Positions 59,118-62,662 of a stretch of DNA of 62,662 bases are shown piece after piece. Both the position numbers and the translations under genes were made by a program. Every line of letters starts with the position of its first letter. Position 1 is the stretch's first letter. Origin of the DNA: Deltaproteobacteria bacterium (GTDB taxonomy: Bacteria > Myxococcota > JACRCW01); the NCBI GenBank assembly GCA_016218805.1, contig JACRCW010000164.1, positions 1-62,662 of the forward strand. The letters are read 5' to 3'. Under the pieces are notes generated by a model that was not told where the DNA came from, did no database searches, and worked only from the letters and a program-made list of their open reading frames with translations.

Positions 59118-59615
59118 ATGCGTCGGCGGCTATGGCTCCTGGCAGCGGCAATTCTGAGCAGCGGGTGCGGGGGCATCATTTCCACGGTGTTCATTGTCCA
59201 GGGCACCATTGGCCTGGCTGGCGCGCGCGCCGCCAACGCGGAGAACCTGGCCACGTATGAGTACGTGTCCGCGGAGGCTTACCTCAAGAAGGCGCGTGAA
59301 GCCCACAGCTACGCGGACTTCGAGCACAGCTTGAGGTTCGCGCGGCTGGCCACCGAGCGTGCGGCCACCGCCCGCACCAAGGCGCTGGAGGCCAACAAGC
59401 CCATGGAGCCCACGCCGGGGTCTGACCTCCCGCCGCCGGACACCATGGCGCCTCCGCCGCAGGAACCGCCGCCCCCGGCCTATCAGCCCCCCCCGCCCGG
59501 CTATGAGCAGCCCCCGCCCGGCTACCAGCCACCGCCTCCGGGGTACGCGCCGCAGCAGCCACCGCCGCCTGCCTATCCGCCCCAACCGCAGACCCCGCCC
59601 GAGGCACCCCGATGA
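59118..59615 (+). CDS. DUF4398-like lipoprotein with Pro-rich (PPPPGY) tail
   Basis: LSSGC lipobox, ATYEYVSAEAYLKKARE, repeated QPPPPGY. Confidence 0.75.
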   Translation: MRRRLWLLAAAILSSGCGGIISTVFIVQGTIGLAGARAANAENLATYEYVSAEAYLKKAREAHSYADFEHSLRFARLATERAATARTKALEANKPMEPTPGSDLPPPDTMAPPPQEPPPPAYQPPPPGYEQPPPGYQPPPPGYAPQQPPPPAYPPQPQTPPEAPR

Positions 59616-60931
59616 GTGGCATGCGTGTCGTCTTGGGTGGCGTGGTGGCCCTGGCCGTGCTGGCCGCGGGCTGCCTCACCGGTCCGCAGGTCAAGAGTGA
59701 GCTGCGCAGCGTGCGCGTGGACATTGAGAAGGCGCGCGCCTCCGGCGCCATCCGGTGCTCGCCGCGGGAGCTGGCGCTGGCAGAGGCCAACGCGGACTTT
59801 GCAGACGCGGAGCTGGAGCAGGGCAACTTCATGCGCGCCAATGAGCACCTGTCCGAAAGCCAGGACAATGCCCGCCGGGCGCTGGAGAACAGCAAGGGCT
59901 GCGGGCCCAAGCGCGTGCTCATCAAGGAGAACGAGCCGCCCCCGCCCCCGTTGCCGCCGCCCCCGGCGCCGGTGGAGCCGCCGCCACCGGTGGTCATCAA
60001 GATTGAGAAGACGGATCAGGACGGTGACGGCCTGACGGATGACATTGACCAGTGCCCGACGGAGCCGGAGGACAAGGACGGCTTCCAGGATGAGGACGGC
60101 TGCCCCGAACCGGACAATGACCGCGACACCGTGCTGGACCCGGAGGACAACTGTCCCAACGTGGCCGGCCCGCCCAAGAACCGCGGCTGCCCGGTGACCG
60201 ACCGCGATGGCGACGGCGTCCCGGACGACAGTGACGAGTGTCCCGACGAGCCCGGACCCAAGGAGCGCAAGGGCTGCCCGGCGCGGGACACGGACAATGA
60301 CGGCCTGCTGGATGAGGTGGACCAGTGCCCGTCTGACCCTGAGGACGTGGACGGCTTCCAGGACGAGGACGGCTGCCCGGACCCGGACAATGACAAGGAC
60401 GGCCTGGTGGACGGCGTGGACAACTGTCCCAATGACGCCGGCCCCGCCTCCAACAACGGCTGTCCGGTCACGGACCGTGACGGCGACGGCATCCTGGATG
60501 ACCAGGACCGCTGCCCGGACGAGCCCGGCATCCCCGAGGAGCAGGGCTGCCCCAAGAAGTACACGCTGATCGTCGTCACGCAGGAGAAGATTGAGATCAA
60601 GCAGCAGGTCCACTTTGCCAAGAACAAGGCCAAGATCCTGCCGGACAGCTTTGAGCTGCTGGCGCAGGTGGCGGACGCCATCAAGAGCGCCAAGCTCAAG
60701 AAGATCCTCATTGAGGGCCACACCGACAGCGACGGGCCGGATGCGCGCAACCTCAGGTTGTCACAGTCCCGCGCAGACGCCGTGCGCGAGCACCTGATCA
60801 AGAAGGGCGGCGTGGGTTCGGACGTGCTGGAGTCCATCGGCTTTGGCGAGACCCGGCCCATTGCCTCCAACAAGACCGCCAAGGGCAAGGCGCTCAACCG
60901 CCGCGTGGAATTCAAGATCATCGAGCGGTGA
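59612..60931 (+). CDS. OmpA-family lipoprotein with DUF4398-like domain and thrombospondin type-3 repeats
   Basis: LAAGC lipobox, many DxDGDGxxDxxDxCP repeats, IEGHTD...LSQSRA...NRRVEF. Confidence 0.9.
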   Translation: MSGMRVVLGGVVALAVLAAGCLTGPQVKSELRSVRVDIEKARASGAIRCSPRELALAEANADFADAELEQGNFMRANEHLSESQDNARRALENSKGCGPKRVLIKENEPPPPPLPPPPAPVEPPPPVVIKIEKTDQDGDGLTDDIDQCPTEPEDKDGFQDEDGCPEPDNDRDTVLDPEDNCPNVAGPPKNRGCPVTDRDGDGVPDDSDECPDEPGPKERKGCPARDTDNDGLLDEVDQCPSDPEDVDGFQDEDGCPDPDNDKDGLVDGVDNCPNDAGPASNNGCPVTDRDGDGILDDQDRCPDEPGIPEEQGCPKKYTLIVVTQEKIEIKQQVHFAKNKAKILPDSFELLAQVADAIKSAKLKKILIEGHTDSDGPDARNLRLSQSRADAVREHLIKKGGVGSDVLESIGFGETRPIASNKTAKGKALNRRVEFKIIER

Positions 60932-61126
60932 TGGGCCCGTGCAAAGCGCGGTTTTCACGTAAGAATCAACACGCGCGGGGCCGTGAACAGCCCGGTGCCG
61001 GCAAGGCACTCAGGACGGTGCGGGCCGCGGCGGTGATGTGGGTCCACGCGTTTGACGGGAGCGGGTTCGCTGTACCAGAGTGCCACCCTTCGGCGGGGAA
61101 GCCGGGCTGACTTCGTGGCGTGGGAG

Positions 61127-62395
61127 ATGCTCGTGCAGAGCGGACATTGGATTGTGATGCGGCGGGGAGCGGTCCTGGCGGTGGCGGTCCTGCTGACGGC
61201 TGGCCAGGCGGCTGCGGCGGGCGTTGCGGGTCAGGTCACGTTCGTCAAGGGTAACGCAGAGACGGGCGCCACCGTGGCGGGGCCCTTCCAGCCGCTCAAG
61301 CGCGGCGGCGCCGTGCGCGAGGGCGAATTCGTCAAGACGGGGCCGGATTCGCGCACGGAAATCAAGTTTGCAGACGGCAGCGTGATGCGCCTGGGCTCCG
61401 GCACCACCATGCAGCTGGGTCAGGCCCGGCCCAACCGGCCCGGCCTGCCGCAGGAGGTCACGCTGTCCTCCGGCCTGGTGTGGGCGCGCATCTCCAAGCT
61501 GGCCGGCGGTGAGAAGTTTGCCGTGCGCACGCACAACGCCGTGGCCGGCGTGCGCGGCACGGTGTTCCAGCTGTTCTTTGCCCGGGACGGCTCCACCACG
61601 TTGGTGGTCTTTGAGGGCGAAGTGGCCATGGCCAACGCGCTGGGCGCGTTTGAGAAGTCCGCGGCCGCCGGCAAGGGCGTGGTGGTGCTGCCGGATGGCA
61701 CCGTGATGGAGCCCGTGTCCGTCGAGGAGATCCTGGCCAAAGCCGAGGAAATCGAGGCTGATTGGGCGCAGTTCAACAAGGACCGTGACGTTGCCAAGGA
61801 CTCGCCGGTGGAAGGCGAGACCCCGCCTAAGGAAGGCGCCGCGCCCAAGGAGGAGGCGGGCCTCAAGGTGCGGGATGACATCAGCAAGCTGACCCCCCAG
61901 GAGATGGGCCGCAAGGCAGAGGCCGCGTTGACGGAGATGCGCAACAGCCTGCGCACGGCGGTGGAGCTGGTGGGCCAGGCGCGCAAGCAGAAGGACATTG
62001 TGCGGCTCAACTGCCTCAATGAGCGGGTCACGCAGATGAAGGGCGTGCTGAAGGTGGCCGAAGACGCCAACGTGGCCCTGCAGGAGGCCAGTGGCGGCGG
62101 TGACCTGGACTCGGTGCGCTCGCAGTACACCAAGATTGCCAAGGCGCAGGAGCGCGTGGGCCAGTTGCGGGTGCAGGCGCAGAACTGCGTGGGCGTGGAG
62201 AGCTACTATGGCGGCGACACCGAGGTGGTCACTGAGATCAACCCGGAAATAGCCGGCGGGGACACGTTCTTTGGGGACAGCCCGGTGGGCTCCGACCCGC
62301 GCGCCAAGTACGAGAACAACACATCCAACCCCGGTGACAACACCGGGACGGACACGCCCGCCCCCCCGCCGCCGTCCAGTTCCTTCACCGACTGA
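61127..62395 (+). CDS. Secreted FecR-domain protein with additional helical C-terminal domain
   Basis: VKTGPDSRTEIKFADGSVMRLG, VRTHNAVAGVRGT, VFEGEV. Start 61127 or 61157. Confidence 0.75.
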   Translation: MLVQSGHWIVMRRGAVLAVAVLLTAGQAAAAGVAGQVTFVKGNAETGATVAGPFQPLKRGGAVREGEFVKTGPDSRTEIKFADGSVMRLGSGTTMQLGQARPNRPGLPQEVTLSSGLVWARISKLAGGEKFAVRTHNAVAGVRGTVFQLFFARDGSTTLVVFEGEVAMANALGAFEKSAAAGKGVVVLPDGTVMEPVSVEEILAKAEEIEADWAQFNKDRDVAKDSPVEGETPPKEGAAPKEEAGLKVRDDISKLTPQEMGRKAEAALTEMRNSLRTAVELVGQARKQKDIVRLNCLNERVTQMKGVLKVAEDANVALQEASGGGDLDSVRSQYTKIAKAQERVGQLRVQAQNCVGVESYYGGDTEVVTEINPEIAGGDTFFGDSPVGSDPRAKYENNTSNPGDNTGTDTPAPPPPSSSFTD

Positions 62396-62494
62396 AGCCC
62401 AAAGGCCGGCCACCCCGCGCGGCCCCGCAGCGGATGGGCGTCAGGGCGGGGCCCCCCACAGGACGTGCGCCCTTTCCGGCAGGCAGAACCTGGG

Positions 62495-62662
62495 AGGACT
62501 CCCCACCCTTTCGTCAAGGTGAATTCGTTGCTAGCCCCCCTTGGCGATGGCCGCTGGGATCGGCCATCGGTTTGGGTCGTAGGTGGTGTCGTTCCGGAGC
62601 ATGGCGACGAGGACAGACAAGAGCCGGTCACCGACGATTCGGAGCGCATGGCCGTGTTCGCA
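62495..62662 (-). mobile_element. Right end of an IS110-family element (transposase C-terminus 62531-62662)
   Basis: Minus-strand frame CEHGHALRIVGDRLLSVLVAMLRNDTTYDP...stop at 62531, typical of IS110 C-termini. TTGACG lies after the stop. Locally lower GC. Confidence 0.7.

Noticed and set aside
59460..59600. C-rich short repeats
   Set aside because: They encode the PPPPGY tail of the DUF4398-like protein and are not a nucleic-acid element.
60007..60555. Regular DNA repeats inside the OmpA gene
   Set aside because: Explained by coding thrombospondin type-3 Ca-binding repeats.

Overview
Very GC-rich bacterial chromosomal segment, most consistent with a Myxococcota/deltaproteobacterial genome (MYXO-CTERM-like tail, DUF4398/OmpA-TSP3, PEGA and DUF4388-like proteins). 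Housekeeping backbone: uvrA, rtcB-rtcA, acyl-CoA carboxylase operon, tRNA-Ile2(CAU), rpoD-dnaG-yqeY, hldE, mlaE and a dinG/yoaA helicase, plus many secreted or lipoprotein genes. Small accessory insertions are interspersed: an MNT antitoxin beside a ruined HEPN toxin, an ABC-ATPase + DUF4276 (TOPRIM-like) pair, a 602-bp-period tandem Uma2 nuclease array with a hypervariable segment, an AbiEii/MenT-like toxin-antitoxin pair, and the 3' end of an IS110 element at the right edge. Best candidates for something undescribed: (1) an RNA/tRNA-repair locus in which an RNase Z-type nuclease sits head-to-head with a sigma54-driven rtcBA operon, where rtcR normally lies; (2) the diversifying Uma2 array plus TA islet just upstream of yqeY-dnaG-rpoD. 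All family assignments come from motif recognition by eye, not from database searches.
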